The translations under genes were made by a program, and so were the position numbers. Below are positions 12,246-24,820 of a DNA stretch of 64,000 bases, one piece after another (position 1 is the stretch's first letter; every line of letters starts with the position of its first letter). The notes beneath the pieces were generated by a model. The model was not told where the DNA came from. It saw nothing but the letters and a program-made list of their open reading frames with translations, and did not search any database. This DNA is from Octopus sinensis (Eukaryota), in contig NC_042998.1 in assembly GCF_006345805.1 (NCBI RefSeq), positions 199,392,001 through 199,456,000 on the forward strand, in the 5' to 3' direction.

Positions 12246-13089
12246 GTATGCATAAAATACAAAATGGGACAAGAACGCAAAACATCTGGACCGCTAGGTG
12301 ATACAAAAGAGACAACCAGAAATCCAGATGGACGATACAAAGAAAACACGGACGAAGTTTTCTTTCTTCAGTCAAGCACCAGATTATCCTCGCAATTTCG
12401 GTCGATTACTGTTATATATACGCACGCACAGACGCACACACGCACACACTCACACACACACGCACATACACACAAACATACACGCACACTCTCTCTGTTC
12501 TCTGTCTCTCTCTCTCTCTCACACAAACATGTATGTTGCGTGGCTGCATTTGCGAATGTCTTTATGAGTTCGGACTTGTCTGCATGTGTGCTTTGACGAT
12601 AAACCTTTTCATCTCGCCTAAATTTTTTTTCTGTTTTCATATTAGAGTGATTGTATAAATGTCTCGTTCGTGTTGTGAGTTACGAAATTCCTTCGTTCTC
12701 TCGATTTCCTGTAATTCAGATCGTCTTATGATCCTAGCAGACAAAATGGCAAAAGTGTTCCGCCAGAGGACGGTGAGAGAGAAGCGCTGGAGCAGTCACT
12801 CTGATTCAAGGGGTTCGCACATACAGATAGCCATCTCCGCTCCGATCGCGGTGAGCAGGGATATGGTCTCCACTGCCACAGGCTCAACCTGTCAAAACAT
12901 GATTTTGCATGTGAAAATGTATATATAATCGGGAAATAGTATATAATATCCCCTAACTTTTCTGAAAATATATTGCTCTTCAAGTGAATATATAGAGGTG
13001 TATGTCACGGTTTCACTTGTTGAAAGTTTTACATTCAGATATTTTGTTTGTTTATTTGTTGTTGTTGTTGTTGCTGTTTGTTTGTTTGT

Positions 13090-13452
13090 TTGTTAGTTTG
13101 TCCCAGAGCTCGCAAGATCGCGCCTCTTTAGTGGGAGAAGTCCATTGCTATTCGTAAGACCCGCAGAAGAGAAAGCAGGTCAACCCCCGACACCGAGAGC
13201 ATCGACGGATGGATGAATGCGCATCCAGGCTCTGCGGTTGCGTAGGAAGTCGGGGACAAGAAACAGGAAGAAAGAGTGAGAGAAAGTTGCGGCTAAAGAG
13301 TACAACAGGGGTCGCCACCACCCTCTGCCGGAGCCTCGTGGAGCCTTCGGTGTTTTCGCTCAATAAACACACACAACGCCCGGTCTGGGAATCGAAACCG
13401 CGAATCCGACCGCGAGTCCGCTGCCCCAACCAATGGGCCATTGCGCCTCCAC
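13090..13452 (-). mobile_element. SINE-F, tail variant 1
   Basis: tRNA-like head GGAGGCGCAATGGCCCATTGGTT...GGTTTCGATTCCC and shared body up to CTTTCTTCCTG. Unique tail. Confidence 0.8.
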
Positions 13453-13842
13453 TGTTGTTGCTGTTGCTGTTTAGCCAGAAATCGAACTTGATCGAACTGG
13501 CCTTTGAACCAAGTTAAGTTAGCAAAAACGATTTTCTCTTCCTATTTATTTTCGGTATAACTAGGACCATATTATACAGTGCACATACACTACCGCCTGT
13601 AGTGTGTATGTACGCGTGTGAGTGAGTGTGTGTGTGTTTGCGTGCTTGTGTGTGTGTTTGCATGTGTGTATGTGCGAAGGTGTAAATGTTGAGGTTCTGG
13701 GCAAATGTAAATGATTTAATTAACAACGTCGTCGGCTAATGAATCATATGCAAATGTTAATATTATCGACTGATAATCTACTGCTATATGAAGCAATTTA
13801 GATTCAGACTCTTTTAACTAACCGATGAATAATGGCAAAAAT

Positions 13843-14387
13843 AATTTTATCGACCTCAAAAGGATGAAAGGCAAAGTCGACCTCTGCGGAATTCGAACTC
13901 AAAACCTAACGGCAGACGAAATACCCATTTCTTTACTACCCACAAGGGGCTAAACATAGAGGGGACAAACAAGGACAGACAAACGGATTACGTCGATTAC
14001 ATCGACCCCAGTGCGTAACTGGTACTTAATTTATCGACCCCGAAAGGATGAAAGGCAAAGTCGATCTTGGCGGAATTTGAACTCAGAACGTAACGGCAGA
14101 CGAAATACGGCTACGCATTTCGCCCGGCGTGCTAACGTTTCTGCCAGCGCGCCGCCTTAATATAATATATTTTTTCTTTCTGCACACAAGGGGCTAAACA
14201 TAGAGGGGACAAACAAGGACAGACAAAGCGATTAAGTCGATTATATCGACCCCAGTGCGTAACTGGTACTTAATTTACCGACCACGAAAGGATGAAAGGC
14301 AAAGTCGACCTCGGCGGAATTTGAACTCAGACGAAATACGGCTACGCATTTCGCCCGGCGTGCTAACAATTCTGCCAGCTCGACGCC
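13843..14387 (-). mobile_element. SINE-A cluster (dimer 13843-14156 plus monomer 14170-14387)
   Basis: Unit junction near 13924. The monomer is flanked by the 13-bp TSD TTAATATAATATA (14157-14169 / 14388-14400). Confidence 0.85.
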
Positions 14388-14454
14388 TTAATATAATATA
14401 CTGACGAGATACAACATTCCGAAACAGACCTGAAATAAAATGCAGAATTATAGG

Positions 14455-14745
14455 CACTGGTGTGGCTGTGTTTAAGAAGCTTACTTCCTATTCATGTGAT
14501 CTTGGGTTCAGTGCCACTGTACGGCACTTTGGGCAAGTCTCTTCAGCTTTAGCTTCGGTCCGGACCGACCAAAGATTTGTGAGTGGATTTGGTAGATGGA
14601 AACTGAGAAGAAGCCCGTCGTACACACAAACACACGCACACACACATACACACATCCATGAACGTATGTCTTTGTGCTTGTGTTGTGTTTGTCCCCTACC
14701 TTCACCACCTCTGCTTGACAACTGGTGTTGGTTTGTTCCGCTAAT
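14455..14745 (+). mobile_element. SINE-D (CORE-like), 3'-truncated
   Basis: GTGGCTGTG...GGGTTCAGTGCCACTG...TTGGGCAAGTCTCTTC, homologous to the reverse complement of 44656-45054. Confidence 0.75.
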
Positions 14746-15277
14746 CCAGGGGCGCCAACCTTTTTCGACTATCGACCGCCTTTAGTCACTTCTCTTTCCG
14801 CATCGACCACCTTTCACATTTAATATGTTTTAATACCCTACCCAACCTGGTACTGATGCTGGCAATTAAAATGTTAGCTAAAATACACATGTACGACAAA
14901 TTAAGAAGTTCTGTTGAAGGTGACACACTTTTTACATTTAAAACTACGTGTACGAGTATACAATATTGAAACTTTCAATTTCTATGAAATTGTTTTCACG
15001 GTTAGAAAATGTGGAAAACACATCATATTGCTGTAATATCTTTTATTGAAATCGACAACATCAATGTGAGTTATCAGTATGGTGCTGACTTAGTATTTCA
15101 AACAGTTCATATGGGTGAGTTGGTCTTTCGCACGTCGACCCCCATTCGTTCCCTTGGCTATCATTAACCTACCTGTAATTCCTCGCCGACCCCTAGGGGG
15201 TCATTCGGACTCCTTTTGGTGATCCTTGTACTAAACTCTCCAAGGCGGTACCCTACCTTGGCTGCAGTGCAATGACA

Positions 15278-15285
15278 GAAATATA

Positions 15286-15335
<50 letters not shown>

Positions 15336-15633
15336 TAACAATAATAAATCTCTAAGCGAGGTATAAACAGTAATTGCTCTGTAATATAAGCGGGATCAGC
15401 CATCTGAATGTGGCTAGGGACAGGGCCGGGTGGTGGGGGTGTTACTGATGCATTTAGCCCAGCGACTATAGACGTCACAGAAGAGCCGACACCATCACGG
15501 TGTCCTTGAGCAAGGACACCGTGATGGTGGTGTCGCTCTTCTGGTGACGTCTATAGTCGCCTGGGGCTAAATGCATCAGTAACACCCCCACCAACCGGCC
15601 CTGTCCCTAGCCACATTCAGATGGCTGATCCCG

Positions 15634-15686
<53 letters not shown>

Positions 15687-15694
15687 TATATTTC
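15278..15694. repeat. GC-rich fold-back hairpin embedded in mirrored (TA)n
   Basis: Core arms at 15389-15508 and 15511-15635 with a 2-nt loop. Interruptions in the flanking TA runs are also mirrored. Confidence 0.85.
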
Positions 15695-16199
15695 TTTTAC
15701 CATTAATTTATAGAGCAGTAAGAAAATGGAGGAGGAGGTTCAATAGGTGGTATTCATTAACTTTTAGACCTTATATTATGTCAATTTATTTAAGAATTTT
15801 ATTCATTTGCCTGCTTTCACCTTTGAGTAATTTGCGTTCGGTGCCGCTTATCCCATCAACCAGGAAGAGTTTGGCTATGTTATCAGTGATACCAACACTG
15901 ATGGTGATACATTTCTGTCTTTAAATATATAACACTTAACTGTTTACTTATCCTGGCACCAACAGTATATATTATCCTATGTTCTGATTTGAACTAGAGA
16001 CTCCTCGTTCCCAAAGTAGTTCAATAGCGCTTTCACTTTTATCATCTCAAATGTTTCTATTTCCACCAACGCTAGAGTGTCATGAAGTCTTTGCTTGCCT
16101 CATCCTTCCTTTTTGATAAGGCTTGATTTTGTTTTGCTGGTTTGTGAGCGACCCTTCTGTCTAGATTGATTTATTATAGTGTTGGTTTAGTGACTGACG

Positions 16200-16508
16200 A
16201 CATGTTCATGGTCCTTCTCGAGCCATGCCTGGCTCATAAGGGCCGGTTTCTCAGTTTCTTTGGCGTATAGGTTCCCCACCTGGACGGGACGCCGGTCCGT
16301 CGCAGGTGATCTGCAAGATGCAGGAGGAAAGAGTGAGAGAAAGTTTTGGCGAAAGAGTCAGCAGAAGTTCGCCGTTACCTTCTGCCGGAGCCGCATGGAG
16401 CTTAGGTGTTTTCGCTCATAAACACACACATCATCCGATCTGAGATTCGAACCCGCGATCCCTCGACCGCGAGTCCGCTTCTCTAACCACTAGGCCATGT
16501 GTCTCCAC
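16200..16508 (-). mobile_element. SINE-F, tail variant 2
   Basis: Same head and body as the other SINE-F copies. The tail contains CCTGCGACGGACCGGCGTCCCGTCCAGG. Confidence 0.75.
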
Positions 16509-16647
16509 AACCTGTTCATGTAATCACACACACATACTCACACATACACACACATGCTTGCACACAAACACACACACACACACACGCACACACACATGCA
16601 TGCACGTAGGCTGGCACACAAGTACGCACATACACACAGCTACTGAT

Positions 16648-17033
16648 GGAAGCACTCCGTCGGTTACGACGACGAGGGTTCCGGTTGATCCGAATCAACG
16701 GAACAGCCTGCTCGTGAAATTAACGTGTAAGTGGCTGAGCACTCCACAGACACGTGTACCCTTAACGTAGTTCTCGGGGATATTCAGCGTGACACAGAGA
16801 GTGACAAGGCCGGCCCTTTGAAATACAAGGTACAACAGAAACAGGAAGTAAGAGTGAGAGAAAGTTGTGGTAAAAGAGTACAGCAGGGATCACCACCATC
16901 CCCTGCCGGAGCCTCGTGGAGCTTATAGGTGTTTTCGCTCAATAAACACTCACAACGCCCGGTCGGGGAATCGAAACCGCAATCCTATGACCGCGAGTCT
17001 GCTGCCCTAACCACTGGGCCATTGCGCCTCCAC
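16648..17033 (-). mobile_element. SINE-F, tail variant 3, full length
   Basis: Head ends at 17033. Tail ...GTCGTCGTAACCGACGGAGTGC, shared with 29966-30311 and 32570-32745. Confidence 0.85.
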
Positions 17034-17912
17034 CACACAGCTACTAAATCCATAGTCGTAATAGAGATTCCTCTTTTGAGCTCTCCTTATCGCTTATCAA
17101 AATGCCATACTCGAAGATTTTTATTCAATTGTTTGAAGAACTAAGTAATTTTCTGTGCTTTTATAAACATGATTTTCTTTCATGGAATTTACAAAACAAA
17201 CAAATAATGACGTTCTTAATCTATTGTTTATTCAATCTTTTGAGTTTGCATTACGCGTCTTCACCCTCTATACATTAACAGTGCAACTGGTGACTATTGT
17301 CATGAATTTAAAATCATATTAATATGTTTGTATCAATTCAGTTCAAAATAATAATGCTATTTGTATTCATGTATAGAGATAGGACAGGTCGAAGGTGAAA
17401 AGCACCAAAATAAAAGAAAAGATGATAACAAAGTATACCATTCTTTAGCGATTTTCTTCTTTTATATTTAAAATAATTCCATTTATATTACTCTAAGAAA
17501 TCAGATTAATTTCCAGTGCAAAACGGTAAAGTTGTGAATTAATATACTGAATTTATTCGTTTTACCATATTAAACTCCTATTTTATTTTATTTTTTGTTT
17601 TGTCTTTCGCGTAGGAGTCGAATTCGTGCTCTTATTGTGAAATTCGATCCCGCTGATAAAGTTGGCTCCATCGTTCTTCAGTGGTAGTTTGTAATGGTCA
17701 CGAAAATCTTCACGCGTGAATAGACTGATTCAGAGCAACGCTAAAATCTCTTCCTCGACTATTCGGTTGTTTGTTTATTCTGCTCGATCATAAAAGGGAG
17801 TTGGTAAATTTCTGAAATTTATTTTCTGTTATGAAAAATCAAATTAGTTTAGAGTGGAATTTGAAACACAACATCTACTCAAACTATTCGTTTTATTCAA
17901 CTACTATATATG

Positions 17913-18111
17913 TATTTCTTTACTACACACAAGGGGCTAAACATAGAGGGGACAAACAAAGACAGACAAATGGATTAAGTCGATTACATCGACGCCAGTG
18001 CGTAACTGATATTTAATCGACCCCGAAAGGATGAAAGGCAAAGTCGACCTCGGCGGAATTTGAACTCAGAACGTGGCGGCAGACGAAATACTGCTAAGCA
18101 TTTCGCCTGGC
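17913..18111 (-). mobile_element. SINE-A, 5'-truncated
   Basis: Standard SINE-A body. Confidence 0.85.
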
Positions 18112-19399
18112 TTGCTTTTCAAAGCTTTATTCCATCATCAATTTCTCTTTTACGGACCCCGTTTTCTCCATTAGCCCTTTGTATCTCAATCTTCACATGG
18201 CTACAAATATCTTTAATATTTTGAAATTAATAGAATTATTTTAATGTAATTTTAAAAACACGACTACAATTACCAGTTGCACTGATTATATGTAATGGAG
18301 CGAAATACGTATATAACCATTAAAAAAAAGTAACCATCACCACAAAGAAGCATCAATTAGTAGAATGTACCGTGCTTTCGTTAATTGTTTTCAGTACCAA
18401 TGTAGTCGCAAGCAAGCTCAGAAACCATCTCGACCATCACATTACCTAGCAGAAAATCGTGGACCTCACAACTAGAAGGAGAGGAGCTAAAAAAACATAT
18501 CGGACAGATATGTAGTGGTCTCTGTTTAACGTTGTTGTTTAGAAATCTTCAATAAAATATTTGATTAATCCACCTCAGAAAAAAACAAAAACAAAAAGCA
18601 AAACAAAACATGAACAAACCAGAAATCATAATTTCCCAACTGAATACTGACGTCATCTAAGAATTGACTGGGCTTTGGACAGAAAAACTGACTGACAGTT
18701 TGACGTCAGAATGATACAAACCAATTAATGAAAATTTAAAATATGATGCGTTGTTTGGAAATTTTCAACGAAATCGTTGATAAAAAATGAAGAACAGAAA
18801 GTGCCAAACAAGCAATCTGTGATAAACACACAACAAATTTACTTTAGAGATATGGGGTATAGCCCCACGATACTCCATATTACACTGCTTTTGAAAATCA
18901 TAAAAAATTTGAAACCAGTTATGTAACTGTAAATAGGTTTTCTTAAAGTGCTTTTCCAAATTTTACTTCTCACTCTTTCCATCATCCTCTCTCCCTCTCT
19001 CTCTCCGAATATTTATATATGTATATATTGTTTATCATTCTGCGTGTTCCAATCACTGGACTGCGGTCATGCCAAACCGCATTGAAGGGGTTTATTCGAA
19101 CAAATCGACCCCAGCACTTATTTTAGAGTCTGGTTTTGCTTCTATCGGTAAATTTTTCCGAACTGCTAATTTATTGGAACTAAACAAATCGATACATGTA
19201 TTTAATCAGTGGGAGTACAAAAACAGATAGATGCACATATGTATATGCATTTATAAATAGATACATATATTCATGCATACACATACACAAAAATACATAC
19301 ATATATACATAATGCATACATACATTTATACATACATGCATATATATATATATGGTATATATGTATATATAATATATATATATATATATTTATATATAT

Positions 19400-19456
<57 letters not shown>

Positions 19457-19468
<12 letters not shown>

Positions 19469-19534
19469 GGAAATGAAGAAAATGCTGACAAATAATTATT
19501 TGTCAGCATTTTCTTCATTTCCTTTTTTATATAT
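19457..19534. repeat. Near-perfect hairpin in (TA)n
   Basis: TATAAAAAGGAAATGAAGAAAATGCTGACAAATAA|TTATTTGTCAGCATTTTCTTCATTTCCTTTTTTATA, centre at 19495/19496. Confidence 0.9.
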
Positions 19535-19563
19535 CAGCACTCGTGTTCGACATCTCCTTTTTT

Positions 19564-19620
<57 letters not shown>

Positions 19621-19647
19621 TATATAGTATGTATGTATGTATGTATG

Positions 19648-19690
<43 letters not shown>

Positions 19691-20028
19691 ATAACATATG
19701 AATTAGAGATAAAACCACTATTATGCAGCTCAAAGAGTGATAGACATAAACCAATACATAAATAACAAATATTATATTTATATATGCATACATATATATA
19801 TACGTATATATATATACATATATATATATATGTATATATATAGTGTATATATATATATATGTATATATATATATGTATATATATTTATATATATATCAAA
19901 ATTATAATTATAATTATAAATATATATATATATATAAATATTATTAGAGGACAAAACCACTATTTTGCAAAACAAACAAGGAAAGACTAATCAATACATA
20001 AAATTTTAATAATAGTCAAAAAAAACCG

Positions 20029-20071
20029 CCACTACAATCGTTTCTTGTCTTGATCGACAATCTTCAGGTGG
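20029..20071 (-). ncRNA. Type I hammerhead ribozyme motif, intact core
   Basis: CCAC-CTGAAGA-TTGTC-GATCAA-GACAA-GAAAC-GATT-GTA-GTGG. All three stems pair. Confidence 0.85.
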
Positions 20072-22898
20072 ACTTCCAATCTAAAAAATCAAATTTTAAA
20101 ATATAAAAATAATAATTTTAAAATAATTAAAGTATGAATGAAAAAATATAAGTATATAATCCATATATAACCTATCTATAATCCATATATAATCAATATA
20201 TAAAACATATATAAACTAAAAAACCTATCAACAATTAAATATAAATATAAAATATAAAATATAAAATATAAAAAATAAAATATAAAACAAAACAAAAAAA
20301 ATAATAATAATATAATAATAAACTATATATAACACCCATACACATATACCTAATTATATATAACCATATCTAACTACATACACTAATCACACACTATATA
20401 TATTCCCTATACTACACATAAAAATGTCTAGGCAACTATAAATAAATAAAAATAGCTAAATACTTCAACACAATACTTATTCATACTCCCAACACACACA
20501 CATACAACCCACATTCACGCTCTAGAAAACGGACATCACTCAAAACTATGAACGGAAGAAATGGAATAAATGGAATTAAAAATTATATTCACTGGTAAAA
20601 CGAACACTACTTAAACATTATGAATGAAACAATGCAATAAAACAACAGACATCGCAAATAGACACCAATTACTACAAATTCCTTATCAAACCTACCATGA
20701 TAACCAAACTCATAAAAAATATAATGATAAAATCTCCCTTTACTAAACTCTATAACAAACCTATATAGCAATCCCCCTAACCTAACATTCACACACAAAT
20801 ACACACACGTAAAACACAACCCACGACATATACAAATACCCACACCAATTACACATACCAATACATACATATAAACCTCACATATACTCCAAAAACCACT
20901 CAACCCCACACAGAAAAATAAACACAAAAATTATGAAGGATTCTTTTAAAAAACTACCATGATAAGCTAAACTCACAAAACGAAATGATAAAACCTCCCT
21001 TTACTAAACACTAAAATACTTATATAGCAATTCCTTTAACCTATACATTCACAAACAAAACCACTCGTAAACCACACACCCATAACAAATACAAACTCCC
21101 ACCCCACTCACACACACCCACAAGTACATATAAGCCTCAACATATACACCAAACAAAAATTACTTTACCAAGGAACTAAACATAGTGTGCGAGTTTTTAG
21201 TTGTATAATTTATTTATCTGTATGAGTGTGGGTGTGTAATATGTTGTATATATCGAGTTTTAGTGAGTATGTATATGCGTATATGTGAGGGAGTATATGT
21301 ATCTGTTGGTGGTGTGTGTTTTTGCGTGTGTGTGTGTTTGTGTGTGAATGTGTATATGGGTGTGTTATTTAGGTTTTGGGATGTATGAGTTAATTTGTCT
21401 GTGTGGGAGGAGGGGGGGTTTTTGGTGTATATGGAGGTTTATAAGTTTAGTTTAGGTATGTGTATAAGTCGTGGGTCTGTGGTTTACGTGTGTGTTTGTG
21501 TGTGAATGTTTAGGTTAGGGGGATTACTATATAGGTTTTGTTATAGAGTTTAGCAAAGGGAGATTTTATCGTTATTGTTTTTAAGAGTTTTGGTTTATCA
21601 TGTTTTTTTTTGGGAATTCGTAGTAATTTGTCTATTTTCGATGTTGGTGTTTTATTATATTGTTTCATTCATAATTTTTGAGTGGTGTTCGTTTTGCCAC
21701 GTGAATTTTATTTTTAATTCCATTTATTCCATTTTCCATTCATTAATTTAGAGATGTTCGTTTCCAGAGCGGTTATACTTTTTATATATATGTTAAGTTC
21801 CTTGGTAAAGTATTTTGTTTGGTGTATATGTTGAGGCTTATATGTACTGTGGGTTGTGGTGAGTGGGGTGGGAGTTTGTATTTGGTATGGGTGTGTGGTT
21901 TACGAGTGGTTTTGTGTGTGAATGTATAGGTTAAAGGAATTGCTATATAAGTATGTTTTAGTGTTTAGTAAAGGGAGGTTTTATCATTTCTGTTGTGTGA
22001 GTTTAGCTTATCATGGTAGTTTTATAAAGAATCCATTCATAATTTTTGTGTTTATTTGTCTGTGTGGGGTTGAGTGGGTTTTTGGAGTATATGTTGAGGT
22101 TTATATGTATGTATTGGTATGTGTAAGTGGTGTGGGTATTTGTATATGTCGTTGGGTGTGGGTGTGTGGTTTACGTGTGTGTATTTGTGTGTGAATGTTA
22201 GGTTAGGGGGATTGCTATATAGGTTTGTTATAGAGTTTAGTAAAGGGAGATTTTATCATTATAGTTTTTATGAGTTTTGGTTATCATGGTAGGTTTGATA
22301 AGGAATTTGTAGTATTTTGTGTCTATTTGCGATGTTGTTGTTTTTGTATTGCATTGTTTCATTCATTATTTTTAAGTAGTTTGTTTTACCAAGTGAATAT
22401 AATTTTAATTCCATTTATTCCATTTCTAGTTCATAGTTTGAGTGATGTCCGTTTTCTAGAGCGTGAATGTGGGTTGTATGTGTGTGTGTGTGGGAGTATG
22501 AATAGTATTGTGTTGAAGTATTTAGCTATTTTATTTATTTATAGTTGCCTAGACATTTTTATGTGTATGTATAGGGATATATATATAGGTGGGTGATTTA
22601 GTGTATGTAGTTAGAATATGGTTTGATATAATTAGGTATATGTGTATGGTGTATATTAGTTTATTATTATATTATTATTATTTTTTGTTTTGTTTTATAT
22701 TTTATATTTATATTTTATATTTTATATTTATATTTAATTGTTGATAGGTTTTTTTAGTTTATATATTGGTTATATATTGATTATATATGGATTATAGATA
22801 GGTTATATATGGATTATACTTATATTTTTTCATTCATACTTTAATATTTTTAAAATTATTATTTTTATATTTTAAAATATGATATTTTAGATTGAAGT

Positions 22899-22941
22899 CC
22901 ACCTGAAGATTGTCGATCAAGACAAGAAACGATTGTAGTGG
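22899..22941 (+). ncRNA. Type I hammerhead ribozyme motif, intact core
   Basis: Identical 43-nt motif to 20029-20071, on the opposite strand. Confidence 0.85.
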
Positions 22942-23274
22942 CGGTTTTTTTGACTATTTATTAAAATTTTATTTATGATTAAGTATTTCTTGTTTGTTTG
23001 CAAAATGTGGTTTTGTCTCTAATAATATTTTATAATATTTTACTATAAAATCGATTTAATCCTAAAATCTTGATTTTTTTCCCTGTAAATTGGATTTATT
23101 CCCTAATATTTATTATTATATATATATAATATATATATATTATCTATATATATATATAATATATATATATAATATTTGTTATTATGTATTGGTTTCTAGC
23201 TATCACTGTTGAGTTGCATAATAGTGGTTATATCTCTAATTCATATGTTATATATATATATGTATATATATATC

Positions 23275-23432
23275 TGTGTTTTTTCCCTCTCTGTGTATCT
23301 TTCTGTTGAAGAGCGTAGGCTCGAAACGTTAAAGACTTGTTTTATTTTATATTCCTGAGGCCATACTAATACAATTGTTCGTTGTTTTCCACCTGCCTTC
23401 GTCTTTGTTTATTTCATAAAGCTTCCGTTTCG
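23275..23432 (+). mobile_element. Mini HHR element (variant core) in (TA)n; HHR at 23298-23335
   Basis: TCTTT-CTGTTGA-A-GAGC-GTAG-GCTC-GAAAC-GTT-AAAGA, followed by a T-rich tail ending in (TA)n. Confidence 0.7.
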
Positions 23433-24467
23433 ATATATATATATATATATATATATAACACACATATATATATATATATACATACACACACATATGTATA
23501 CATACATATATACATACGCATATACATACGCACGTACACGCACACACACACATTCATATATGCATGTATTGATATATGTACAGCTACATATGGAAAAACA
23601 GTAATTTTCCTTTTCTTTTAATTTATGCAAGTATGCAACCAACCATACGCACACACATGCACACACATATATCGACACACGCACACACACACAAACACCC
23701 ACAAAACACACACACACAACACCCACAAATACACACGCACACATACACATAAACATACGCATATGCCAACACGACGATTCTTTCTTAACTCCTTTCTTAC
23801 TGCTCACTTTTGAATTGCGATCGAACAGTCTTGAACTATTTATTCAGTCTTGTCTGAGAATCGGTAAATCAATGAAGGAATTCACACCCCATGGGAAACG
23901 AAACAAAAGCCATCTATAGAATTAGATTTTCACCTAGCAGTGATATTTTTCAAGAGGCCTTATTATGGCTTCAGAATTCACAGTATTTGTTTTTGAACAA
24001 GAATCGTTAAAGTAAATAATTCTTGAACATTGCAGTGCTTTGACAGAGTTTAGTTCTTCTCTGCCAGTTGAAGCTGTCGTAACAAATCATTAACCAACAT
24101 TATATTATTGCCTGAAAGCAAGAAACCAGGCAGGAGAAACCTTTCTTCAATTTCTTGGATTCTATACGTGAGCGGATTTGGATTAAAATTTGTTTTTGTT
24201 AGGTTGCTTTTGTTTTGTTGGTTGGTTCGGCTTTTTTTCATTTTGTTTTCGGTGTTGTATTTCTCCATCTGTCTTCCAGTTAACTTATTTAAGAAGTGGC
24301 GTTAATCCGAAATGGCCTGGATTAACGCTTAGCTCGGAGCAGTTTTGTAAAATTTTGTATGAAAAAAAGTTTATATAAGTTTTCCTTTTCTTAACATACT
24401 CGCACACACATATATGTGCGTACACAGACACATACAAAGTCAGTCTCGTAGCAATATGTGTGTGTGT

Positions 24468-24510
<43 letters not shown>

Positions 24511-24660
24511 TCATGTATGTATGTACATACTTATATATACTCACACACAATTCTCTCTTGTTCTACACCCACAAACAAAAATACACACATATTCACACAG
24601 CTATACACGTACATTTGTAATAAATATATATTATAATATATATACATACATATAAATATG

Positions 24661-24718
<58 letters not shown>

Positions 24719-24789
24719 TATGTATGTATGTATATATAATGCATATATATATATATGTATGTATGTATATATATATGTATGTATGTATG

Positions 24790-24820
<31 letters not shown>

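Larger units (their letters stand above)
19689..23250. repeat. ~3.5-kb inverted duplication (arms ~19689-21184 and ~21789-23250) with strong AC/GT strand skew
   Basis: The arms are reverse complements with scattered indels and substitutions. The spacer is a further diverged partial copy of the right arm. Confidence 0.9.

Noticed and set aside
12850-12890. Minus-strand TGA-GCC-TGT-GGC-AGT-GGA-GAC read as a selenocysteine or methyltransferase motif
   Set aside because: The frame is short, there is no upstream context or SECIS evidence, and it is likely chance.
14401-14430. CTGACGA...CGAAAC
   Set aside because: No stem II beyond one pair, no UH triplet and no stem I.
14747-15150. hAT-like start CAGGGGCGCCAACC
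   Set aside because: No matching right TIR, TSD or transposase motif found.
17614-18450. Possible plus-strand exons at about 17614-17684 and from about 18395
   Set aside because: The donors are weak, the frames could not be joined convincingly, and no protein is recognisable.
21185-22470. A-to-G hyper-editing or deamination signature between spacer and arm copies
   Set aside because: Differences seen by eye go in both directions. A proper alignment and count would be needed.
20080-22880. Mitochondrial insertion (NUMT) as the cause of the AC/GT skew
   Set aside because: No mitochondrial gene is recognisable under the invertebrate mitochondrial code. The ORFs at 20607 and 22270 reflect stop-poor composition.
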